34,326 nucleotides of DNA from Nemertoderma westbladi (lineage: Eukaryota > Animalia > Xenacoelomorpha): the NCBI GenBank assembly GCA_032718475.1, contig JAUCBJ010004082.1, forward strand, positions 1 to 34,326, read 5' to 3'. The notes under the pieces are model-generated. The model was not told the origin of the DNA. It did not search any database and was given only the letters and a program-made list of their open reading frames with translations. Positions 23,134-33,039 of this stretch are shown piece by piece (position 1 is the stretch's first letter; every line of letters starts with the position of its first letter). Made by a program: the position numbers and the translations under genes.

Positions 23134-26100
23134 TTAGGCATGATCATCTTCGTCCCAATTATAAGGTTCCACTTGGGTGGTAGCGAAGTTCTTTATTGCC
23201 ACCATTTTGACTGACCTTATACTGTGTTCTCCTAGTTTATCCTGTGGAGTGGACAACTCACCTATATAATAGTCGGCAGCCACAGCAGATTTCCAAACCT
23301 GCATGATCCCTGACATGTTTAGCTTGGTTCGGAACTTGGGTTGTCCAGCAAAGATGTCTTCGGCTAGTTCTTTATCGATGAATGTTCCTGTGCTGCCGGA
23401 GTCCAGGAGGGCGTTCACTATATAGCTCTTCTGAGGTCCATGGACCCGTAACTGGACTACAGGAAATTCTCGGATTCCTACATTTGAAGTTGGCGCTTTC
23501 CAAGATTGTTGTTGATCTGAAGTGGTTAGGGTGAGGTCGCTGTCTGTGTCTTTCTCATACATGAGTGCTCGATACACTGCAGTGGTGTTTATTAAGTAAC
23601 AGGATTCATTTTGGTCGGAGAATTCGTCCGTATAGAATCCTTCCATCTCAGAACTTTGGTCAGTGTCGTTCACATCACTGAATTGGACATGTAGTTGTTC
23701 GGACTCACTTACCTGACTCGGGCTGCTTCGTTCGAATTCAGTGTGCAACAAGATATGATGTTTTGCACCGCACTTTGCACACCTTGCGTCGGAGTAACAG
23801 GTTCGCCGTTGGTGTCCTCGTCTGAGGCAATTATAACACAACCGCTTATCCCACATGACTTCACATCTGTCCTTTAGTGATTTCCTCAGGAATTCATCAC
23901 ACGCACTTAAACGGTGGGGCCCATCGCACAGCACACATTTGGGCTTGATGTTACTTACTTTAACATGTGCTGTGTGGTGCACGTTCGTTCTTTCCTCGGG
24001 CTTTCTCATCTGAATTCTCTTGGGAGACATAGGAGGAGTTTTTCTTACCTGTTCTCTCCTGTCATTGGTTCGAGACATGAATTTACTTACCTGGTCTTTA
24101 GGCGTTTTATTGACATAATAAGATCTTTCAGTGTCTTTCCCGCTATCCTCTCCTTGAGAAGTCTGGCTTTCGCCGTCGTCTGTATAACACACTGGTGTTA
24201 CCCTTCTCTTAGAAACGGGTTTCTCACTTACCTTGTTTTCCAGTGTCTTCTCTCTGGACTGCCTTAGGAGCTGTAATTTCACTTCTCCATCTAAGAATGA
24301 CATGAGATCAGCCATGGTAGGGTCTCGTCGTTGTTGTTCCATCATATATAACACTTTCTTGTCCCAGCGTGTACCTACTCCACCCTTGGGCAAAGTAGAT
24401 GCTAAGGCTCCTACAACCATAGAATTCTGGTATTCATGAGACTTACCTAACCAATCTAGTTGTCTACAGATCTCCTGAATCTCATCGGAAAACTCTATAA
24501 TCCCGCTGCTAAGAAACTTTCGGGGCGCCATTAATTTTGCATATAAATACCTAGCTATGTTAGTCCTATTACCATACCTGATGTTTAGTGTATCCCAAAC
24601 TTGTCTTAATCCATCTGGATGTCCAATAAATTTTAACGCCATTGACTTGGGAGGTCCTTCCAAACATTCGATGAGGAATCTAAGTTTCTCTCCGTTAGAT
24701 AGTACAGAGTTCTGTATGTTATCTTTGTAATATTCATTAAAAGGTAACCATTTCATCTCATCTCCATTGAACTTGACGATCTCTCCAACCTTTACCGCTT
24801 GTCGGGCTTCGGTTCTAGCCATTTGGCGTGTAAAACTTTCTTGAGCCATCGCATTATTGAATAGAGAATTATCGGTATATAAGTTTCTCGGATTATTATC
24901 AAGTCTAGATGAGATATCATTATCAACAGGTTTATAATTACCGGTACCCTTAATAGGGTTTACTATAGGAGTTTCTACTTCGCTAGCAGTATAGATGCGT
25001 GTAGGCTCCACACCTTGCACATGGGATACTTCAGACCTAACGGGTTGACACATTGTTACAGGGGGTGGTGATATACCCTTTTGTAAATTTACTAATTTAT
25101 CGCGTTCTAGCGCGATACTTTGCTGCACTTCTTGCAACTCTAGCCTACTTTCCCTTACTGTGCCCTTGAATTGCTGAACAGTCTCCTGCATCTGCCCGAG
25201 CAGGAGATCCATCCCCCGCCGTCTCTCGTCCACCCATTCGACCGCAGAAGCGGGAGTCGCCAACGTTGTAGCGGGCGGACGAGGGACAACGGGCGACAAA
25301 TCATGAATATTTCGCTCGGGGTCCAGGACCTGAACTGTCTCCTGGGCAGTTCTACTGGGCACAGGTAGCTTAGTGCTATGCAGAGGGAATTTAGAGGTAG
25401 CTTCAGGGAGCACAGGTGTGTCTATCACCGAAGGGGTGATTTCAAGAACAGGCCTAATTATTTCAGGCTCATCTACTATAGTAGGGAGTCTCTCTATTGT
25501 AATTATTTGGTCTGTGGGTTCTGTACTACCTAAGTTGGTGTTATTTAGTTGCCTTCTAACAGCTGGAGGCAAATCAGGCAATTTCTGACGGTGGGATGTT
25601 CTTTTACGTCTGCTTAGGTGAGATCTATTTCCTTTGCCTTCAGTATCAGTGGCATCGCCTTCTTCAGATGATGTATATCCCTGTCTTTTGGGAGTAGATC
25701 GATTCATCATCTGCATATTACTAGCTGTTAACTGTTTATTTATGCAGTCTTGATTCTCCTGAATGTTTTCCAATTCTAATTGGGTGGTTTCTTCAGTCGC
25801 TCTCCGTTCTGCTTCTGCCACTGCCTCTGCTGCCTTTCTTTCAGCTTCGGCCGCTTTTGCTTCTGCCGCTGCCGCTGCCGCTTTTCTTTCTGCTTCTGCA
25901 GCTACTACTGCTGCTTTCTTTCTGTCTTCTATACGTTTTTTCTTTACTTGTTCTTCTTGGACTCGTGTGATGCGGAGTTGTTCATCAAATTTAGCTTGGT
26001 TCGCCGCTAACATTTCCGCATCGATTGCGTCCAGCACAAGCTTGGTTCCTTCACTATTAGGGCTAAGCCCCTCCAGCCTTCTCCTCAACTCTTCGTCCCC

Positions 26101-26595
26101 TACAAAGCGTTGATAGTCTGACAGATAGATGTCAATGGCATCTCTCTTTCGCGGCCCCTCCGCTGTCCCTTCGCTTTCTTCTTGAGAAGAAGTGGTGTCG
26201 GTTGATTCTTCATAGGTTGGCCGTTCATCATAAACCGTATCCGCCATCTTCGCTCCGCGTTCGGGCGTCCGCTCAACAGTATCCGAACTACTGGAGCTCT
26301 CGGGCCGCTGAGAACTAGGTTCTTGGCTAGGAGGTTGCTGCTGTTTGGCAACTGCTTCTTGATCCTGCTTAACCTGGGCCCGAGTACCGATGATAGAACT
26401 ACGGCGCTTCACTAACATCGCGAATTGCGAAATTGCTTCTACTAACCTAGGTTCTGACACAGCTACTGTAGGGGTTGTCTATCTTACAGTAGGAGGGGTT
26501 TCAGACCTCGGTCTGGGATTCTCTATACTCCTATCTGATAAACAGACTGTTGTTTCTAGGAGACTATCTGACAGAGTTTGCCTTGTGTCAGACAT
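23134..26595 (-). CDS. gag: BEL/Pao Gag-aspartic protease (1108 open codons; likely ATG at 26595 with a premature TAG at 26481-26479)
   Basis: Ala/Glu/Lys coiled coil; FNGDEMKWLPF...EKLRFLIECLEGPPK (DUF1759-like); three knuckles CVLCDGPHRLSAC, CYNCLRRGHQRRTC, CAKCGAKHHILLH; ALLDSGSTGTFI. ATG 26595 is 45 codons upstream of and in frame with the GTG-started ORF. Confidence 0.9.
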
Positions 26596-26724
26596 GTTTG
26601 GTTGTACAGTTGAATGCCTACTGCTATATTACAGTCCAAGCAAGTCTAGTAATTCAGTATTAACTGCTAGCCTAGTAATTAATTACCGATACTGCTACTC
26701 AGTGTAGCGTGATATATATAATAT

Positions 26725-26976
26725 TAGAATACCGGTATGCTTATGGTATATATAAGTATTATTACAGACTAGGTTTTTCACAGAAACCGGTATATAATTT
26801 TAGCACAAATATATATATATAATAGGCCTATCGTGGATACCGGTATGCAGTTTACACTTATAGTGTATATATATAAGTATAATTACAGACTAGAATTAAT
26901 TACAGAATACCGGTATGATTTCAACCTAAAATTTATAGAAATAAATATAATAAGCCTATTGTAAATACCGGTATGT
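26725..26976. repeat. Diverged ~120-130-bp tandem duplication with five ACCGGTAT motifs
   Basis: ACCGGTAT at ~26731, 26786, 26839, 26909 and 26967; TATATATAAGTAT(T/A)ATTACAGACTAG occurs twice. Confidence 0.7.
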
Positions 26977-27930
26977 CAATTATTTTAGAATAATTGAATT
27001 TCTGAATTTTAAGGGTTACTTGGTTACTTTAACTTACTTTATTACCGTTATTTAAGCAGTAGTCCAACTGATATTGAGACCTAATTGTTGTATGGCAGGC
27101 CTACTATTTATAAATCGTTTGAGTTGATTTATAATATATATATACCCGTTGAAATGGGTTTTTGTCAATGTTTGAAATAAATGTTATTATTTCTGGGGGA
27201 GTCACTACACATAAGCTGTGCGCTCTCAGTGGAGTGCTACTTGTTAGACACTAAAACAAATAATTCTAATTTACCTAAGTTACTTAATACTACAAATTAC
27301 GTACGATTCGGGTTGAGATTACAATCTCTAAATAAACACAAAAATTTACAAAAAACACAAAATACGAATTTTTAGGGTAATTTCACAAGAAGTCTACAAA
27401 CCAGCCTGACAAAGGGTTAGAATCTGGTTATTACAACGGACAGGGTACTACGGTATTTGAAAATAATAAGTAGCAGTAAATACACTGCGCTGTCCAGATA
27501 GGAAAATACCACCGCCTGACGACCTATAGCCGTATCGCTATAGGTACTACGTTATGTATCACGGAGTGTTCCTACCTAGAAGTTAATAGAGCTAATCGAA
27601 CGTGCCTATCAACCACTTTACAACACAAATATAATGCCTACACTAATTACTTTTGGAAAGCACTGTACACTAAACCCTAAATTAGGTACGAGTACTTGTA
27701 CAACATATAATCAGTAGTTAAATATACTTGAACAGCTAAAAGAACCACGGCATCTGCTGGAGTGACCGGTGCACAAAATCACCAGTCTTTACCTACGCCA
27801 AGCAGCCCGTGTAGTACCGGGGTTAATTTAACTATAGCGGTATGTATAACAAACACAATTATTGTAGGAACAAACTTGGGGAATGAATGTTGCGAATAAT
27901 CGCATAAACTCTGAATAATAAATATTACGC

Positions 27931-28495
27931 TACGCGTACAAACTACTCAAACAAAATGCAGACCAAATAATGACAGACTACTATCAAGCCTAAACAAACT
28001 ACGGTATATGCAGACTCCAAAATGATTAGTTAGTATGCGTTCTAACCCAGTAGTACGACTTATTCTTTAGATGGAGGTTTACCTTACAGCGATGGCTGCC
28101 CCTACTTCCTAACCGTTCTTTATCGGACAAATGCTTTGCACACACCGAAATTTCCTCAAACCCAACAACAGCCAGACAACTATTCAGCCTACAAATTATC
28201 TAAATAAAATTATACGCTACCCGTACGCGTACAGACTACACAAACAAAGTACAGACCAAACGCTGGCCAACTACTATCAAGCCTAAATAAACCACAGGAC
28301 ATACAGACTCCGAAATGGTTAAGTAGTATGCGTTCTAACCCAGTAGTACGACTTATTCTTTAGATGGGGGTTTACCTTACAGCAATGGCTGCCCCTACTT
28401 CCTAACCGTTCTTTATCGGACATACACTCTACATGCACTGCAATCCGTTCAGACCTAATCAACAGTTAGCCAACAGTCAAGCCTACAAATTATCT
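27931..28495. repeat. 293-bp tandem duplication in 5' leader of inner element
   Basis: TACGCGTACA at 27931 and 28224; core 28031-28128 vs 28324-28421 differs at only 2 positions; both copies end AGCCTACAAATTATCT. Confidence 0.9.
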
Positions 28496-28758
28496 GTACA
28501 ATCTGAGCAGGCTTACACGCCTTCTGCTCAATATCAACCTACTAGTAAATAAAACTGGCAGAAATAAGTAAACTATACAAAAGAATGAGGGGTGATCAAT
28601 CCCTATTCCCCTGGCAGCCTACAGTATACAATAGATCACAATCGAATAATACTGCTGTACCTGTACTGTTGTAGGTACCGGTCCGGATGATCAGGCAGTC
28701 AGGCCTACTGGTTACCGGTCGACCGGTACTTTCGACTAGATTGCTTACACCGCAATCC

Positions 28759-28776
28759 AGAACGTATATCTGTTAT
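28759..28776 (-). promoter_or_regulatory. Non-tRNA primer-binding site complementary to the element's own LTR
   Basis: Plus strand AGAACGTATATCTGTTAT abuts the 5' LTR and is the exact reverse complement of ATAACAGATATACGTTCT at 29490-29507 (and 18484-18501); no TGG start. Confidence 0.7.
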
Positions 28777-29945
28777 TGTTTGCGCTTTTGAAGACCTTTG
28801 ACAGTTTAACCTGCCAAAATTAGAATGTCTTTTAGATGATATATATTCTTTAGCTTTATGACGAGTATTTGATACACTACATTAGCCGAAGCCAGTCTAT
28901 GCGCAATCATTCACCCGTTGGATATACCCGGGAGACTGAGTTCGGAGCTTAATGATTGATGGTGTAAGCCTACCGTATTATTCGACTGATCGTAATATAT
29001 AATCTCTGACAAATATTATTCACTTTCGGGAAATATTAACAGTTCCTTTAGGACGTGGCGCTCTAAATATGTAAACAGAGTTATGACTTAAACTAGTCAC
29101 AACGAAAGGGCTATAGATTAACGTATATGGCGCATTCTTTAGGAGATGCTTTGTTATCAGTTACAATCATACACAATGCTGCACAATACTGCACACTAAT
29201 CTGCCGACCTTCACTAAATTTAGTCACGTATAAAGAGAGCAACAGACAATTCATGTTGGGCATATGAAATAGCATTAGATTCACTTCAAACCACTCAACA
29301 TAGGTCGCAATCGTTTATCTGTAACCGGTCTCTCTAACCTTTAGTATATCAAGAAGGTGGGGTGTCTGACTATTGATCAGTATTCCGATATAATAATTCA
29401 TCAACAAATATAACGAATAACCAACAGCAAAAGCAGTAATGTAAGATATGAATTGCATAGATACGTATGATAAGATTGTAATTAACTCGATAACAGATAT
29501 ACGTTCTATAATTAAGCCTACTAATGTAAAGCTAAAGAACGCTGATATACGGAGGTGCCAAAAGCCGGTCTTCTTAGGCTCTGGGCAAAAACATAACACT
29601 GAACTACTGAGTTACTGAGTTCTGTATACACCTCCAACACAGAGACAAAAAACGCTCTGATTGGTCAACCGAACAACGAGAGAACAAAGAAACGTCGACA
29701 TGGCAATATCAGCTGTTAGCCGTCGTCATGGTAGCGACACTGTTTTCAAGAGTATCCAGCTTATCGCGTCACGAGATTGCGGATTATGTCCTCTAAAGTA
29801 CAAATACAGTACAAATACAGAAGAAATGACTTTTATGTCCTCTAAAACACCAGTACAACAAGGACACGGCCTTTTTATGCCTGTCAAACCAACTACAGAG
29901 TACTTTAAGGGAAAATAACCGGTTAATGACGCAAAAGCTTTTACA
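28777..29945 (-). repeat. 5' LTR of inner element
   Basis: 1169-bp direct repeat of 17771-18939; upstream of gag on the minus strand. Confidence 0.96.
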
Positions 29946-29950
29946 ATACC

Positions 29951-30234
29951 TCATATGTAGTGGTCATTGGGAAAGGTGATTGAGGTACATAAAGGTATAG
30001 ATGGTCATGTACGATCGATCAGTGACATTAATAACTAAGAATGGTAGTTGTGTAAGGCCATTCAAGCGTCTTTATCCCATGGAGTGCCATGATGTTCATG
30101 ACCCCGCAACCACATTGACTTCGACTGAAACTAGTGCTGAAACAGCTAATGTAGTTCGACCGAAACGTAAAGCTGCTACTGACGCAAGACGTAAAATTAT
30201 ACAAGTCTATGAAAATGAAGGTGAAATCGATTGA
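29951..30234 (+). pseudogene. pol: C-terminal end of outer BEL/Pao pol (DUF5641-like)
   Basis: WSLGKVIEVHKGIDGHVRS then VTLITKNGSCVRPFKRLYPMEC...RPKRKAA, the usual Pao W.LG.V...G.DG.VR...RP...L.PLE terminus. Confidence 0.88.
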
Positions 30235-30362
30235 ATTTATATTTGAAAGATATTTTTAATCAAATTTCTATGTAAACATATTTGTGTCTTACTAGATTTT
30301 GTCTTATCCATGACGCTAAGTTTATCTGTTGTGCAAATATATATTTTCTCTGGGGCCCAGTG

Positions 30363-30628
30363 TGTCCCAAATATACTGTATTTAGGATGAATCAGCTGGG
30401 GTCTTTTTCAGTTGGTATTGCAGTACAGTACTGCTGTAGAGTACACTGTGCTTTTAGTTTTGTGCGGTTACTATGTTATGGTCATTCTGTCTTTGGTTAT
30501 CTGACAAGTATGTATGTACATTATCCTATATATACGAACTGAGTTATATACCAGCAAGCATGAATAATACATAATTTCTTCCTGTCCTTGATATTTTCGA
30601 TGTCCGGGATTGCGATATATTCCGGACA
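30363..30628 (+). repeat. 3' LTR of outer BEL/Pao element (266 bp)
   Basis: TGTCC...GGACA followed by TSD AAACT. Confidence 0.92.
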
Positions 30629-31144
30629 AAACTGGGCACATACCCTTGCATTGCAAATCGCAATACTTTTGCATACATTCGCCACACTACTGCCAGAAAC
30701 ATCTGCTACAAGTGAATGAAGCTTTAAAATTGCATTTTAAATAATAATAAAGTAATAGATAACTTTTCTAAAAAAAGTAATCGCTTGAATTTTAAATAAT
30801 AATTTTTACTTTGAAGCCTTGAAAATTAATTTGTATTTGTATTTTTCAATTTTGTTTACCAATATATATGTTTATTGTTTAGTTAGCATTACTCTGTTAC
30901 GTACAGATTTAAGTGTTAGGAATGTGAATTATACGTGAGTATTGTTTTAAAAAAACCTGAACTTTTGTTATTATATACTCTTAAAGTAGTACTTAAAAAG
31001 GATTTTAATTCTAAGAACGATTTACTAAGATCTCTTTTAGTTTTCGAGTTATCGCATCTCTTTGTGCTCCAGTCTGTCTATCAACAAATTTAAGGCAGAC
31101 TGACAGAATAGTCACAGAAAGACAGACTATATTCCAATCCTTAA

Positions 31145-32355
31145 CCCTTTTCTACTCCTAAAACGCCCAGGGGGGGTTGGATTCCCCCCCCCCCCCCCCC
31201 CCCCCCCCACTGATCTCGGCTATTTGTGAATGGATTTTTTTGTAATTTGGTGGAAACCTACACATGCATATTACAAACTCAAAACCAAAAAAAATTTTGA
31301 AAATCACAGTAGTGACACCGTGTTGAAAGTTTTCGACAGGGTGCCAAAAAAAATTTGTACCATGCTTATCGCTCATTGCTTATTGTTTGAAAATAGGTCA
31401 AACCGTACACAAACATATTACAAAAATGGATCTGAAGAAAACTCCTGAAAAATTTGTCGGATTGACACTAATTAGCACATTTCGTGGTGCTAAAAAATTT
31501 CATTGCATGCATATTTTTTGAAATTTTTTCGAAAAATCCAAGTATTTACATGCAAATACACTTTTGTATACAATACAACCACGCTGATTCCAAATCCGTT
31601 GTCTATTTTTTCACTGCAATTCAAGTTTTTCCGTAATTGTGAAATAAATTTTTTCATATTTTACTACTTGCACTTTTCGTGCTATTGTGGTGCTTCTTAA
31701 ACATTCCGAATTTTGAGATAGAATTATACACAATCTTGTCATAAATGGGTTCAGCGTTGAAAATAACCCAATATCACCGATATATAGGGCATTGGATATA
31801 AGTTAACTGAAACAAGTAGTTTATTTGAAACTTATATTTTTGAAAAGTGCTAGTAGGTGAGCTTTTCATTTTCGAGCCATTTTGGGTAACTACAGCGTCT
31901 TATAATTGTCAGCAATGAAATCAGCACATACGAAAACCTCAGTATGGGTGAGGATATTGACGTTGTATCCTATTTCAAAAATTTGAAATTTCACACTACT
32001 TGCACTTTTGGTGCTCTTGTGGTACTTTTCAAATTTCCAAATTTCAACACGAAATTTTACCCATAATTGTTTTCAATGTGTTCGGTGTTCAAAATAACCG
32101 AATTTTGACGATTTATTTCACCATAGAGTGAAGTTACCCCAAAGAAACTGAAGTGTGAAATTTCAGTGCTGAAAAGTGCTGACATAGGTGTCACAGCTTC
32201 CTTATATCTCGAAAACTACAGGTCGTGTGAACTTCTAGTTTTTTTCATAATGATCCCTGATAAATTTTAGGAAATTACATGGAATTTGGAGCTTCCTTGT
32301 TCGATCATCTCTATAGAATCTAAAAAAACAACAGATGGGGTTGGATTCCACCACC
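31145..32355. mobile_element. Second piggyBac-like non-autonomous element, right terminus not found
   Basis: TTAA|CCCT start (31141-31148); G7-TTGGATT-C25 at 31170-31208 and GGGG-TTGGATT-CCACCACC at 32337-32355; CTACTTGCACTTTT(C/G)GTGCT at ~31664 and ~31996 resembles 17498-17518 in the first TTAA element. No GGGTTAA end. Confidence 0.5.
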
Positions 32356-32437
32356 AAAATCAAAATTTCACAAATTTATCAAAATTTATAAATCCGCCAC
32401 TATTCAAGCACATACACGCCCCACAATAAATACCAAC

Positions 32438-32606
32438 CTAGTAATAGTTTTGGGACCATTTAACACTAAATGAAACCAGGTCACCTCGGGAGCTCCTCGG
32501 TTTGAAGCCCAGTCCTCTCCATTGTTATCGAGTGCTTTCTCACATTTTCTAGTGAATTTACTATACGACGATGCTGAACAAGTACCACCTGCAGATACTT
32601 CGACCT
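32438..32606 (-). CDS. Host gene exon 1 in window (N-terminal part of discoidin/F5-8C-like domain)
   Basis: TTATTTCTTACAG| acceptor, AG|GTTGGT donor, 169 nt, phase 1 to 2; VEVSAGGTCSASSYSKFTRKCEKALDNNGEDWASNRGAPEVTWFHLVLNGPKTIT matches the ASS...A.D...W.S...W..L pattern of galactose-binding-like domains. Confidence 0.72.
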
Positions 32607-33010
32607 CTGTAAGAAATAATACCTGTACTGGTACCGTTTATACTTTATATCATCAATTAACAAAGTTTATAACTGCAAATATAATACTGTAATTAATAGG
32701 TGATATAAATATTGATACTTTAAAACAAAACAGTTCACAAATAACTACAATAAAACGCTAAATACTTACGGCTTCCAACAGGTAATTAAACATTAAACAA
32801 CCCACTCGAAAACTTTATACTCAAAAACTCTCATCGATCACATATCCACAAACATTACCAATAAGTTTATTTGTGCAGGCGTTTTTCTATCTGATATTGG
32901 AACCACGGATCAATTGGCAACTGAAGCTATTCGGACAGTATACGAGTTTAGTAAGTTAGGAGCCCAAGAATCTCAGGGATACTTTCTGTAAAAATCTCAG
33001 GATACATTAC

Positions 33011-33039
33011 ACTGACTGACTGACTGACATACTGACTGA
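33011..33039. repeat. Short (ACTG)n microsatellite
   Basis: ACTGACTGACTGACTGACATACTGACTGA. Confidence 0.7.

Larger units (their letters stand above)
17771..29945 (-). mobile_element. Young non-autonomous BEL/Pao LTR retrotransposon (inner element, 12.2 kb)
   Basis: Two 1169-bp TGT...ACA LTRs; perfect 5-bp TSD ATACC at 17766-17770 and 29946-29950; removal restores outer pol IGDVVLIGDKIP-HM*WSLGKVIEVHKGIDGHVRS; minus-strand Pao gag-protease. Confidence 0.96.
11254..30628 (+). mobile_element. Old BEL/Pao LTR retrotransposon (outer element)
   Basis: Diverged LTRs 11254-11507 and 30363-30628 (TGTCC...GGACA); perfect 5-bp TSD AAACT at 11249-11253 and 30629-30633; Pao-type gag-pol remnants between them. 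Confidence 0.95.
10824..32402 (+). mobile_element. Internally deleted hAT DNA transposon hosting all nested insertions
   Basis: TIRs CAGTGGCGGATTTA (10824) and TAAATCCGCCACTA (32389-32402), 13/14; perfect 8-bp TSD TTCAAGCA at 10816-10823 and 32403-32410; transposase remnant TLLPETSATSE*SF at ~30684-30725 (hAT dimerisation motif P.TSA..ERSFS) and QWKMFW at ~11164-11181. Confidence 0.85.

Noticed and set aside
25763-26113. Ala/Ser-rich plus-strand ORFs
   Set aside because: Antisense shadows of the Gag coiled-coil segment.
31040-31140. Helentron/DINE-1-like MITE (GACAGA repeats)
   Set aside because: Only a vague resemblance; diagnostic subterminal inverted repeats and 3' stem-loop not found.
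32411-32437. Extension of the host exon to a GTATGT donor at 32415 (..RLVFIVGR)
   Set aside because: Gives phase 0, which hits a stop in the next exon; the AG|GTTGGT donor at 32437 gives a continuous frame.
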